Part shown: positions 10,070-19,099 of the stretch, piece by piece
Layout of the letters: each line of letters opens with the position of its first letter
Position numbering within the stretch: the first letter of the stretch is position 1
NCBI GenBank assembly: GCA_038046385.1
Contig: JBBSWH010000011.1
Location: forward strand, 56,731-120,730
Reading direction: 5' to 3'
Origin: Nanobdellota archaeon
GTDB taxonomy: Archaea; Nanobdellota; Nanobdellia; Woesearchaeales; GW2011-AR4
DNA length: 64,000 nucleotides
Notes under the pieces: generated by a model
Seen by the model: the letters and a program-made list of their open reading frames with translations, nothing else
Told to the model about the DNA's origin: nothing
Databases searched by the model: none
Program-made: the position numbers and the translations under genes

Positions 10070-10904
10070 AACTGAAAAAATTCCACTAGAAGAACATGGG
10101 AAAGAGAAGAAGGAAGAAAAAAAGAAAAAAGGCACGCTTGAAAATGTAATTGATGAGCTTTCAGGCTTCGGAAGAAAAGCTGTTGCAATAGGCGCAATAG
10201 CAGCAATGCCTCTTTCATTCCTTCCTTTCGCGCCTTCACATGTCCCAAGGGCAGCAGTTACAGCATATGGATACGCTGCCGGCCGCGCAACAGCAAACGT
10301 GATGCAGGAAAAGCCTGCACTGGAGAAGCTTGTCAAGGTCGGAACAATAGGGGCAATAAATTCAGTGCCGCTTGCAGCAGGTTTCACAGCCCTTAACATG
10401 CTTGAAAAAGCCATGGAGCCGGTTTATGGCGGATTAGCGGCAAAAGCCGCAAAAGTTGCAGCATACGGGCTTATACAGATACCTACAGTCACAACTTTGC
10501 GTAATGCAATGGACTACGGATTAGGAAAAAAATTCAGAGAGAATTTATTGCCAAGCATAAAAAACACTTTCAAAACTTTGATAATACCTGGAATTTTCAA
10601 TGTTCTTTACATATCAAAATTTGGGCTGTTTCCTCAGATGGCTGCTGCTGCTGTTTTTAGTTACCTTGTCCAGCTTACAGAATCAGTAAGGGTAGGGAAA
10701 GGAAGTTTCAAGAATCTTTACAAATCAATTAACCCAGCCCAATATATCAGGGCAACTTCCAGCGTAACAGGAAAACTTGTCAGGAATTCTACCAAAGGAA
10801 TATCTGACGCAGTCTCTGCCATAGGCAGTTCTCTCAATGATTTGTACAAATCAGCTCCAAAAGCAGCAGCGCCAGCTCCGGCAGCTGCAGGAGCGCATCC
10901 TTAA
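10062..10904 (+). CDS. Gly/Ala-rich amphipathic protein A2 (280 aa), paralog of A1 with the same C-terminal tail 'KSAPKAAAPAPAAAGAHP'
   Basis: ORF overlapping the RHH2 stop; C-terminal 100 aa alignable to A1. Confidence 0.65.
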   Translation: MAETEKIPLEEHGKEKKEEKKKKGTLENVIDELSGFGRKAVAIGAIAAMPLSFLPFAPSHVPRAAVTAYGYAAGRATANVMQEKPALEKLVKVGTIGAINSVPLAAGFTALNMLEKAMEPVYGGLAAKAAKVAAYGLIQIPTVTTLRNAMDYGLGKKFRENLLPSIKNTFKTLIIPGIFNVLYISKFGLFPQMAAAAVFSYLVQLTESVRVGKGSFKNLYKSINPAQYIRATSSVTGKLVRNSTKGISDAVSAIGSSLNDLYKSAPKAAAPAPAAAGAHP

Positions 10905-10951
10905 CCAAAAAAAAGATCAACTTATTTTAACAACAAGAAAAACTATAATCT

Positions 10952-11893
10952 TTAGTGCGTCCAGTCCAGCACAGCACCCTTTCCGCCGGTTATCCATTTG
11001 TAGCATTCAAGCGCCGTCTTTGCTCCGTCGCCTGCTGCAATCACAGTCTGTTTGTAAGGAACCGGTGTTATGTCTCCTGCAGAAAAAATGCCAGGGCACG
11101 TTGTATTGCCTCTTTCATCAACAATAATCTCTTTCTTCTCGTTGACTTTTACAAGATGAGAAACGAATGAAGTGTCAACAACATACCCTATCTCTATAAA
11201 AATCCCTTCAACTTTAAACTGCCTTCTTTCTTTTGTATTCAGATTTTCAACTTCCAATCCATCAACGTTTTTCTCTCCGATAACTTTTGTTGATGCACTA
11301 TTAAGAACCAGTTCAATTTTTGGATTATTTTTTAGCTTTTCAACAGTTATTTCGTCTGCCCTGAAAGAATCCCTTCTGTGAACAAGATAAACTTTTTTTG
11401 CAATTCCGGCTAATTCAAGAGCGCCTTCAACAGCAGAATTTCCTCCGCCTATGACTACAACTTCCCTGTTTTTGTACAGTGGAGCGTCGCATGTTACGCA
11501 CGTTGAAACGCCTCTTCCGAAGAATTTTTCCTCGCCTTCTATTCCAAGGCTTTTCGGGACTTTTCCATATGCAAGAATAAGTGCTTTGCATTCATATTCC
11601 TCTCCATTTGCAAGGCCAATTTTGAATCCGCCATCTATTTTGTCAACTTTATTCACTTTGCCCATGATGGTTTCTGCGCCAAACCCAACTGCTTCATTGT
11701 AGAATCGCTGCATCAATTCAATGCCGTTCATCGGGCCTGTGCCGGGATAGTTTTCAATGTGGCTCGTTAAATTAGTCTGGCCGCCGATGTCCATGCTTAC
11801 AATAACAGTTTTCAGTTTTTTCCTGCAGCAGTATGTCGCAGCAGTCATTCCTGCAGCGCCTCCGCCAACAATTATAACATCATACATACTCAT
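10952..11893 (-). CDS. trxB: thioredoxin-disulfide reductase (NADPH)
   Basis: FAD motif 'VIIVGGGAAGMTAA'; redox-active 'CVTCD'; NADPH motif 'VVVIGGGNSAVEGA'. Confidence 0.9.
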   Translation of the reverse strand: MSMYDVIIVGGGAAGMTAATYCCRKKLKTVIVSMDIGGQTNLTSHIENYPGTGPMNGIELMQRFYNEAVGFGAETIMGKVNKVDKIDGGFKIGLANGEEYECKALILAYGKVPKSLGIEGEEKFFGRGVSTCVTCDAPLYKNREVVVIGGGNSAVEGALELAGIAKKVYLVHRRDSFRADEITVEKLKNNPKIELVLNSASTKVIGEKNVDGLEVENLNTKERRQFKVEGIFIEIGYVVDTSFVSHLVKVNEKKEIIVDERGNTTCPGIFSAGDITPVPYKQTVIAAGDGAKTALECYKWITGGKGAVLDWTH

Positions 11894-11939
11894 TTTAGAA
11901 AAGTATCAGTTTTATAAATGTTATTGTCAAATTAAATAG

Positions 11940-12329
11940 CTATGGTCCAATGTAAACAACGTTTTTTAACCCTTTAAAATGCCGGTCTCCGCTTATTATA
12001 TAACTTTGTAATTCATTTTGTTTGGATATAAGGATAGAGTCAATTAAACCAAAATCTTTGATATTTTCTCTCATTTTATGTTTTATATCTGAGGCATCCA
12101 ACCAGTTGGTAATCAACACAGGCAAAATAACAGAATTTTTTTTTACAGATTTGTAAATTCTGCTAAAATCTATTCCTTTTCTTAAACAATAACTTTTTAA
12201 CTCAGAAAGGCAGCACTCCATTGTTATGAATTTATTGTTTTTTTGAAACAATTTTCTTAATACTTGCCCCTGTTCTGTTCCAATAAGATACTCTATCCAC
12301 CCATACGTATCAATTATATAAATCACCAT
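11940..12329 (-). CDS. vapC: PIN-domain ribonuclease (VapC-like toxin)
   Basis: 'IYIIDTYGWIEYL' acidic PIN start; 129 aa; overlaps the upstream AbrB gene. Confidence 0.7.
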   Translation of the reverse strand: MVIYIIDTYGWIEYLIGTEQGQVLRKLFQKNNKFITMECCLSELKSYCLRKGIDFSRIYKSVKKNSVILPVLITNWLDASDIKHKMRENIKDFGLIDSILISKQNELQSYIISGDRHFKGLKNVVYIGP

Positions 12330-12538
12330 AGGTCTTCATGTTCATCTTTATCTCTTTCAAATCTCGGCATTCCTTTGAGAATACCAAAAGCATCTACTCT
12401 TTTTTCTTTCTCTATTTCTACTTTTACAATATCGCCTTCATCTATATCTTCCTGCCTTACTATGTCTTTTGGAACAATCAATGCTAATGAATTCCCCCAC
12501 CTTTTTATCTTTGCTTCAGCCATGACCATTTGTATCAC
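12323..12538 (-). CDS. vapB: AbrB/SpoVT (MazE-like) antitoxin (VapB)
   Basis: 'AKIKRWGNSLALIVPKDIVRQEDIDEGDIVKVEI' swapped-hairpin motif. Confidence 0.75.
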   Translation of the reverse strand: MIQMVMAEAKIKRWGNSLALIVPKDIVRQEDIDEGDIVKVEIEKEKRVDAFGILKGMPRFERDKDEHEDLW

Positions 12539-12601
12539 CTTTTAGTATAACTAATGATACATAAAAGTATAACTAATATATAAATTTATCTTATAAGAAG
12601 T

Positions 12602-14107
12602 CTATTTCCAGTCCCTTAGCAATTCTACCATCAGCCTTACTGTTGCGCCGGTTGCGCCTTTCACAATAACACCTTTGTCTGCTTTTGCAAAAACAGTTTC
12701 TCCGATGTCAATATGTGCCCATGGAATGTCATTAACAAAATTTTGAAGGAAAATCCCGCCTATTATTGTCCCAGCGTCGCCTTCATTGCCCAGGTTTTTT
12801 AAATCAGCAATGTCACTTTTAACATCTTCATTATATTCTTCCCACAACGGCAATTCCCAGAGTTTTTCAAGGCTTTTTTCAGATGCAATCTTAAGTTTTT
12901 CAGTAATCTTTGGATTATTGCTCATGAATGGAGATCCAACGCTGCCAAGAACAATTCTTGCAGCACCTGTAAGCGATGCAATGTCAAAAATAGCTTCAGG
13001 TTTCTTTTCTGCGGCATAGGCAAGCCCGTCAGCAAGCACAAGCCTTCCTTCAGCATCTGTATTTTTGATTTCAATTGTTATTTTGTTGTACGCTGTTAAA
13101 ACATCATCCGGCCTGTACGCTTCAGAGTCTATCATGTTCTCTGCAAGCGGAGTCACTGCAACAACATTCAAAGGCAATTTCAGTTTGGAGCATGCTTCGA
13201 CAATGTTTATTGCTGCCAATGCGCCGCCCTTGTCGTCTTTCATGTTGATTATGAATGGATGCTGCTTAACATTTATCCCGCCTGTATCAAATGTTATTCC
13301 TTTTCCGACAATTGCTATCTGCTTTTTGCCGGGCGCTCCGTTATATTCCAAAATAACAAGTCTTGGTTTATTGACACTCCCTTTTCCGACTGCAAGCAAA
13401 CAATCTAGTTTCATTTTTTCTATCTGTTTTTCGTCAAATACTGTAAACTTAAGGCCATTCTTCTTTGCAATATCTTTTGTGTAATTGGCAACATATTCCG
13501 GAGTTGCAACATTTGGCGGAGTATTAACAACATCTCTTGTGCTGTTAACCGCTTCCGAAACAATAATTCCGTATTTTACCTGCCTGTCAAAATTCTTATT
13601 TGAATTTGTTATTATCCTGACGTTTTCAAAAGAGCCGTTTTTGCCGTTGTCTTTTGTCCTGTATCCTGTAAATTTGTAAAGCCCAAGCAAAGAGCTTACT
13701 GTTATTTTTTCAACTGCATCCTCTTCATTTAACTTTCCGACAAAAGAATCAAGCACTATGCTGCAGTTTTTTATCCCGCTCGCCTTAAGCTTTTTTAATG
13801 TGTCTGCAACAACTGCAGTCATAACATTCGCGTTATATCTTTCTTCTTCTCCAAGACCGACAAGGATTATATTTTTTACATTGCCTCTTGCATAAACGCT
13901 TTTTGCCTCGTTTTTATCTCCCTTGAAAGTGTTTTCTTTGATAAATTCCGATATAATTCCGCTGCACTTTCCATCAAGCTCTTTAACAGGGCCTTCAAGT
14001 TTCAGCTTTCCCTTAAAAAATCCTATAATCAATGCTTCATCCTTTATCTTAGAAACATCTTCCTTGGACACAGAAATATTTATTTTTTCCATGAAAAATA
14101 TAATCAT
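12602..14107 (-). CDS. pepA: leucyl aminopeptidase (M17 family); the true start may be Met at 14092
   Basis: M17 signature 'NTDAEGRLVLADGLAYA'; ~500 aa. Confidence 0.88.
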   Translation of the reverse strand: MIIFFMEKINISVSKEDVSKIKDEALIIGFFKGKLKLEGPVKELDGKCSGIISEFIKENTFKGDKNEAKSVYARGNVKNIILVGLGEEERYNANVMTAVVADTLKKLKASGIKNCSIVLDSFVGKLNEEDAVEKITVSSLLGLYKFTGYRTKDNGKNGSFENVRIITNSNKNFDRQVKYGIIVSEAVNSTRDVVNTPPNVATPEYVANYTKDIAKKNGLKFTVFDEKQIEKMKLDCLLAVGKGSVNKPRLVILEYNGAPGKKQIAIVGKGITFDTGGINVKQHPFIINMKDDKGGALAAINIVEACSKLKLPLNVVAVTPLAENMIDSEAYRPDDVLTAYNKITIEIKNTDAEGRLVLADGLAYAAEKKPEAIFDIASLTGAARIVLGSVGSPFMSNNPKITEKLKIASEKSLEKLWELPLWEEYNEDVKSDIADLKNLGNEGDAGTIIGGIFLQNFVNDIPWAHIDIGETVFAKADKGVIVKGATGATVRLMVELLRDWK

Positions 14108-14179
14108 GAAGTGGTTTATTAATCTTTTGATTAAAAGTATTGCATAACCTTTATATATAAGTTAGGATAACCTAACTTT

Positions 14180-14578
14180 ATGTCCACTACAAACAGGGAA
14201 GATTACCTGCGCGCAATTTACATCCTTGAAGAGGAGAAGCACGAGATAAAGTCAACAGATTTGGCAAGATACCTTAATATCTCAAAACCAAGCGTCACTG
14301 AGATGGTGCAGGAGCTGGATAAAGAAGGCCTCGTATCCTACAAAAAATATTCTCCTCTAAAATTCACTCCAAAAGGAAGAAAGGCCGCGGCAAACCTTAC
14401 AGTAAAGCACCGCGTGATAGAGCTTTTCCTGAAAAAAATACTTAAAATAAACAAAAAAAAAATACATAACGAAGCGCACAGGCTGGAGCACGCATTCAGT
14501 GACGAGTCAATATCGAGATTAAAGAAGATTCTTGGAAATCCAAAAACAGACCCGCACGGAAAGCCGATACCGGGATAG
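14180..14578 (+). CDS. DtxR/MntR-family metal-dependent transcriptional repressor
   Basis: N-terminal 'REDYLRAIYILEEE...STDLARYLNISKPSVTEMVQELDKEGLV' HTH typical of DtxR/MntR. Confidence 0.85.
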   Translation: MSTTNREDYLRAIYILEEEKHEIKSTDLARYLNISKPSVTEMVQELDKEGLVSYKKYSPLKFTPKGRKAAANLTVKHRVIELFLKKILKINKKKIHNEAHRLEHAFSDESISRLKKILGNPKTDPHGKPIPG

Positions 14579-14594
14579 TTCTTTTTGAATAAAA

Positions 14595-15890
14595 ATGGAA
14601 GAAAAACAAACTCAGGTCAGGGAAACTCTTACGCAAAAACCTAAAAGAAAATTTAGGTTTTGCCCTGACAGGAATATGTTTGCATTTATGGGCTCTGGAC
14701 TGATAGTCAGTGTGGCTTATATGGATCCTGGCAACTGGGGCACTGCTATAAGCGGCGGCGCAGAGTTCGCTTATGACCTTTTGTGGGTTGTGTGGATGGC
14801 GTCAGGAATGGCAATGCTGTTCCAATACCTCTCTGGCAAGCTCGGCATTGCAGGATACTCATTGCCGGAGCTTGTAAAGGAAAAGCTTGGAAAAAAATGG
14901 CTTGTTATGTTTTACTGGATCCTGGCAGAAATCGTAATAATTGCAACAGACCTTGCAGAATTTCTCGGAATTGTCGTAGCTCTTAACATGCTTTTTGGAA
15001 TTCCGCTGCTATGGGGCGCATACATTGCAATTGCAGATGTCTTATTAATACTTCTTTTGACAACCAAGAGGTTTAGAATTTTAGAATATTCATTTATCAT
15101 CTTTGTAGGGGTTATAGGGTTGGCATATGTATACGAAATTTTTGTCACAAACCCTGATTACAGCCTCATACTGCTTCATTCTGTTAAGCCTATCTTGACA
15201 AAAGAAAGCGCCCTCATTGCAGTGGGAATAATCGGAGCGACAGTCATGCCGCACGCTTTGTTCGTGCATTCATGGCTTGTAAAGAACAAGATGAAAAACC
15301 CGGCTTTCAAGAACAAGAAAAAAACCCTCAAGTATCATGTTTGGGACAATGTTCTGTCATTAATCATAGCCGGATTTATCAATGCTGCAATAATAATAAT
15401 GGCAGCAGCGGCATTCCACTCTTCAGGAATAGCTGTTACAACGCTTAATCAGGCATACACAACACTAATCCCGCTGTTTGGAAAATTCGCTGCATTGGCA
15501 TTTGCGCTCGCGCTTTTGTCTGCAGGAATCTCTTCTTCAGTTACGGGCACCCTTGCAGGCCAGTCTGTCATGGACGGATTGACTGGATTTAAAATTCCAT
15601 TATGGGTCAGGAGAGTTATAACAAGAGTTATTAACGTGATTCCGGTTACAATAGCTATCCTCATGGGGATTGAGCCGCTAAAAATATTAATTCTTAGCCA
15701 GGTCGCATTAAGCCTGCTCATACCTCTTCCTTTGATACCTCTTATAATGTACACAGCCGATAAGAAGATTATGAAAGAGCTTGTTAACAGAAAAATAACC
15801 ACAATATTTGCAGTGATATTTGCTTTTGTTATACTCTGCTTTAATGTATACCTTCTTTATCAGGTGATATTCGGCGGGGCAGGATTTTAA
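14595..15890 (+). CDS. mntH: NRAMP-family divalent metal (Mn2+/Fe2+) transporter
   Basis: 'MDPGNWGTAISGGAEFAY' NRAMP motif; ~11 TM helices; adjacent to DtxR. Confidence 0.88.
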   Translation: MEEKQTQVRETLTQKPKRKFRFCPDRNMFAFMGSGLIVSVAYMDPGNWGTAISGGAEFAYDLLWVVWMASGMAMLFQYLSGKLGIAGYSLPELVKEKLGKKWLVMFYWILAEIVIIATDLAEFLGIVVALNMLFGIPLLWGAYIAIADVLLILLLTTKRFRILEYSFIIFVGVIGLAYVYEIFVTNPDYSLILLHSVKPILTKESALIAVGIIGATVMPHALFVHSWLVKNKMKNPAFKNKKKTLKYHVWDNVLSLIIAGFINAAIIIMAAAAFHSSGIAVTTLNQAYTTLIPLFGKFAALAFALALLSAGISSSVTGTLAGQSVMDGLTGFKIPLWVRRVITRVINVIPVTIAILMGIEPLKILILSQVALSLLIPLPLIPLIMYTADKKIMKELVNRKITTIFAVIFAFVILCFNVYLLYQVIFGGAGF

Positions 15891-15892
15891 AT

Positions 15893-16558
15893 TTACCTGC
15901 TTTTTGCAACTCCTATTTTCGGGCAATATTGCTTTATTGCGCATTTTGAACAGATTGGTGAATTTGTAAAGCAGACATTCTGCCCGTGAAGAACAAACAA
16001 GTCATTTAAGTCTCCCCAGTATTTTTTTGGGATTGTTTTCATCAAATCATCCATTGACTGCTCTGCGTTCTTTGTTTTAATCCATCCCAATCTGTTGCTT
16101 ATGACATGGACGTGCACGTCAACTGGGATATAATCAGTTTTTTTATGCCCGTAAACCATTGTTATGGCGGCTGTTTTCTTTCCAACACCTTTTAGCGTCA
16201 TCAGTTCTTCAAATGTATCCGGCACTTTTCCGTTGTGTTTTTCAAGAATGTCCCTGCAGATCCCTTTGATTGTCTTTGATTTTGTTATGTAATAATTGCA
16301 CGACCTGATTATTTTTTGAAATTTGTTCATCGGCATTTTTAGAATTTTTTTAGGAGTGTCCGCAGCTTCAAATAATTTTAAAGAAACCGGTCCTGTTGTC
16401 CTGTCCTGCGTCCTTAAGCTTAAAATGCATGAGATTAAAACCTTGAATGGGTCTTTTTGTATTTCCCCTATTTTTGAAACAACCGGATTCTCAAAATTCT
16501 TGACTTCTTTTTTCAGAAGCGATATGATTTTGGAAATGTTTTTTAGATGGTGTTTCAT
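15893..16558 (-). CDS. nth: endonuclease III (HhH-GPD DNA glycosylase/AP lyase with [4Fe-4S] cluster)
   Basis: 'LRTQDRTT', HhH 'LKGVGKKTAAITM', catalytic D and Cys cluster 'CFTNSPICSKCAIKQYC'. Confidence 0.88.
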   Translation of the reverse strand: MKHHLKNISKIISLLKKEVKNFENPVVSKIGEIQKDPFKVLISCILSLRTQDRTTGPVSLKLFEAADTPKKILKMPMNKFQKIIRSCNYYITKSKTIKGICRDILEKHNGKVPDTFEELMTLKGVGKKTAAITMVYGHKKTDYIPVDVHVHVISNRLGWIKTKNAEQSMDDLMKTIPKKYWGDLNDLFVLHGQNVCFTNSPICSKCAIKQYCPKIGVAKSR

Positions 16559-17241
16559 TTCAAAATCCTCCCGTTCTTTCTGCTCCAGAGCAATAAATCC
16601 AGCTCGTCCATGTCAATCCCGATTTTCTTCGAGAAATCCTTATATTTTTGTTCAATTTCTAAATAGTTTTTAGAGGTTAATTTTATGTTTTCATTCAAAA
16701 CACCAAATTCACGCATAGAATTCATAATATGTTTATCTAAGATGGCATATCCTCTAAATCCTATATTTCTTAAGAAATGCGATGCTTCCTTCATCCCAAG
16801 GCCTTTTACATTAATAACAAAAAAGTTGCGCAGATCATTCTTGCTGTCTTTTAAGGAATCTATTTTTTTCCTCAATTCAAAGTTAATGAACTTTTTTAGA
16901 TGTTCTCTAGTATAAACAATGTATTTTGGCCTTATTCTATTAAACCTATTCCCATCTAACTTCCGTGTCATATCGTATGTGCTTCCCTTCATCAGTACAT
17001 TTCGCACTTTATCCACAGATTTTAACCCTTCTTCTGCGCTGTTGTTTGCTGTGAATATGCAAAATGCAAGTTCCTCGAAAATCCTTTCATTATCATTTTT
17101 GTCAGAAGGAAGAAGCTTCAGATTATTGTCAATGTAGTGCCACGAATAAGGCTCATTGAAGAATTTTTCAAACTGAGAAAGTCTTTCCCTTATCTCATTT
17201 TTTTTGCTATTATATTCTACCTTTAGTTGTGCTGTCCCCAT
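16555..17241 (-). CDS. ogg: N-glycosylase/DNA lyase (archaeal Ogg2-type 8-oxoguanine glycosylase)
   Basis: 'ASHFLRNIGFRGYAILDKHI' HhH-GPD motif of Ogg2; 4-nt overlap with nth. Confidence 0.72.
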   Translation of the reverse strand: MGTAQLKVEYNSKKNEIRERLSQFEKFFNEPYSWHYIDNNLKLLPSDKNDNERIFEELAFCIFTANNSAEEGLKSVDKVRNVLMKGSTYDMTRKLDGNRFNRIRPKYIVYTREHLKKFINFELRKKIDSLKDSKNDLRNFFVINVKGLGMKEASHFLRNIGFRGYAILDKHIMNSMREFGVLNENIKLTSKNYLEIEQKYKDFSKKIGIDMDELDLLLWSRKNGRILK

Positions 17242-17425
17242 AACCTTGGTATTACTTAATGTTTTTTAAAGCTTGCCTTGGGTTTTAGAGGATGTATCTT
17301 GGCAAGCTTTAAACAACACTCGGAGATTATGCAGTTGATTTGATTTTTTTATCACCTCTTAATAAATTCTGGTGATTCCTATATAAATATTTAATTGAAG
17401 AAATTATTCCTAAAAGAATAAATAT

Positions 17426-17926
17426 CTATTTCTTTTTCTTTCCTTTGCTCTTTTTTTCTTTTGTCCTTGAATGTGCAATCCAAAAATATACTGCGATGAG
17501 GCCGGAGTAATTAAGCAGCATGAACCACCAAGTCCCCCAGCTTATTCCGTCAAATCTATAATTTGCCAAAGGCCATAAGAAAGGCGTGGGAAAAAACTTA
17601 GTTGAATGTGTCGGAATGTCAATCAGTATGTGTATCGGCCATCCAAGCATTGGCCAGAACCATTTTTTTGTTATTAAAAATACAATTAAGAAAACAACGG
17701 CAAAAACAATCAGGCTGTGCGTCATATTGTATGCAGAAAAAATCCAGCTTGGCAGCGATTCAAGCGCCGGTTTTCCCCTGTGAAGCGTTCCTGTTGCGAT
17801 GCCAATCACAAAAAGAATGCCAAAAGACAGCAAATCCGGCAAAACCCCGAAAAATGCCCCAAGCCATGCGTATTTCTTTTTATTGAATACTGCATAAGCC
17901 CATAATCCGTGCGCTAAAGTGTCCAT
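17426..17926 (-). CDS. membrane-bound metal-dependent hydrolase-like protein (YdjM/DUF457 family)
   Basis: N-terminal 'MDTLAHGLWAY' followed by 4 hydrophobic helices with conserved His residues. Confidence 0.55.
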   Translation of the reverse strand: MDTLAHGLWAYAVFNKKKYAWLGAFFGVLPDLLSFGILFVIGIATGTLHRGKPALESLPSWIFSAYNMTHSLIVFAVVFLIVFLITKKWFWPMLGWPIHILIDIPTHSTKFFPTPFLWPLANYRFDGISWGTWWFMLLNYSGLIAVYFWIAHSRTKEKKSKGKKKK

Positions 17927-17930
17927 TTTA

Positions 17931-18036
17931 TTGTAAATTTAGTGTATTTAAATCTCACACTTCAGTGAGAAATTTACAATCTAGCAGACTCACTTATTAA
18001 TTAATCGGTAGTGCGGTGAGTCTGCGTTATTTTTTT
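17931..18036 (+). repeat. structured repeat element, copy 1 (TTGTAAATTT-inner hairpin-AAATTTACAATC-long hairpin-TTATTT)
   Basis: stem 'gcagactcac'/'gtgagtctgc'; conserved flanks. Confidence 0.65.
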
Positions 18037-18587
18037 AATGTTGATTTTGATATTAAATCAAGAAGTAATGGGAACTTTGTAAATCCTGCTTCTTTGTTTA
18101 GGTGGCCCCCTTGAGGTATTATTCTTAATTCTGCTCCAACATATTTCGCAAGCTCTTTGCTTACATCGACTGTGATGTACTCATCATTGTCAGAAGCAAT
18201 AACAAAGAATTTTTTGCAGCCATTCTTTATTTTTTTCCAGTCGAATTTTTTGTCTGTAAAAGTTTCCAGTATTTTGTCATAAGGGCTTCCAAGCTGCTTG
18301 TGGAACCCTGCAACAAGAAATACGGAATTTACTTTTTTATCGGACTGTTCAAGATAATTAAGAATAAATGCGGCCCCGAGGCTGTGTCCAATCAAAACAG
18401 TTTCTTCATTAATTTTGTCTTCATGTTTTTTGATTATTCTTAGCCAGCTTTCAAGTGTCTGGTTTAGGGGAGTAGGAAACTTAGGGACAATAGTGTCATA
18501 TCCCTTTGTTTCCATCTTTTTCTTAAGCCATGGAAACCAGTTTCCATCAGGACTGCTGTAGACTCCGTGTATTATTATGAAATTCAT
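18027..18587 (-). CDS. alpha/beta serine hydrolase (YdeN/RBBP9-like)
   Basis: 'IIIHGVYSSPDGNWFPWL' and nucleophile elbow 'GHSLGA'. Confidence 0.7.
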   Translation of the reverse strand: MNFIIIHGVYSSPDGNWFPWLKKKMETKGYDTIVPKFPTPLNQTLESWLRIIKKHEDKINEETVLIGHSLGAAFILNYLEQSDKKVNSVFLVAGFHKQLGSPYDKILETFTDKKFDWKKIKNGCKKFFVIASDNDEYITVDVSKELAKYVGAELRIIPQGGHLNKEAGFTKFPLLLDLISKSTLKK

Positions 18588-19099
18588 TTTATTTTTGCGT
18601 ATAAGTAAGCATCAATATATTTGCCGTCTTTGCTGCAATGTTTTCTCAACAGCCCTTCTTTTTTGTATCCGTTTTTTACCAGCACCCTGGAAGATTTTTT
18701 GTTGAATGAAAACACAGTTGCATAAATTCTGATTAATTTTAAATTATTTAAGCCATAATCTGTCACAAGATTTACCGCTTTTGTTATTATCCCTTTATTC
18801 CAATATTTTTTCCCCAGCCAGTATCCCATTTCTGCTTTATGGCATTCAATATGGTTGAATCCTATTCCCCCAACTACTTTTCCATTTATGTCGATTGCGA
18901 AATTAATCTCTTTTTTATTTTTTAATTTTGCTAATTTTAAATTATAATTTATCCACCATTTAGCGTCTTTTTTGGTAAATGGATGTGGAATCCTGCACGT
19001 ATGCCTGTAAATATCAAAATCATTGACATTTTCTTTTAAAGATTCTTCATCGCCTTTTTTATAAAGCCTGATTACAAACCCTTTTCCTTTCAGTTTCAT
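18584..19099 (-). CDS. GNAT-family N-acetyltransferase (RimJ/RimL-like)
   Basis: ~170 aa; GNAT-like core 'WLGKKYWNKGIITKAV'; overlaps neighbours by 4 nt. Confidence 0.6.
   Translation of the reverse strand: MKLKGKGFVIRLYKKGDEESLKENVNDFDIYRHTCRIPHPFTKKDAKWWINYNLKLAKLKNKKEINFAIDINGKVVGGIGFNHIECHKAEMGYWLGKKYWNKGIITKAVNLVTDYGLNNLKLIRIYATVFSFNKKSSRVLVKNGYKKEGLLRKHCSKDGKYIDAYLYAKIK

Noticed and set aside
9311-10414. Minus-strand ORFs 9150-9407, 9311-9601, 9949-10248 and 10025-10414 within the A/RHH array
   Set aside because: They are antisense to the coupled plus-strand array, have Leu/Gln-rich low-complexity translations, and are probably spurious.
17268-17310. 10-bp inverted repeat 'aaagcttgcc...ggcaagcttt' between ogg and the DUF457 gene
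   Set aside because: It is probably a simple intergenic hairpin or terminator. It is isolated and no second copy was seen.
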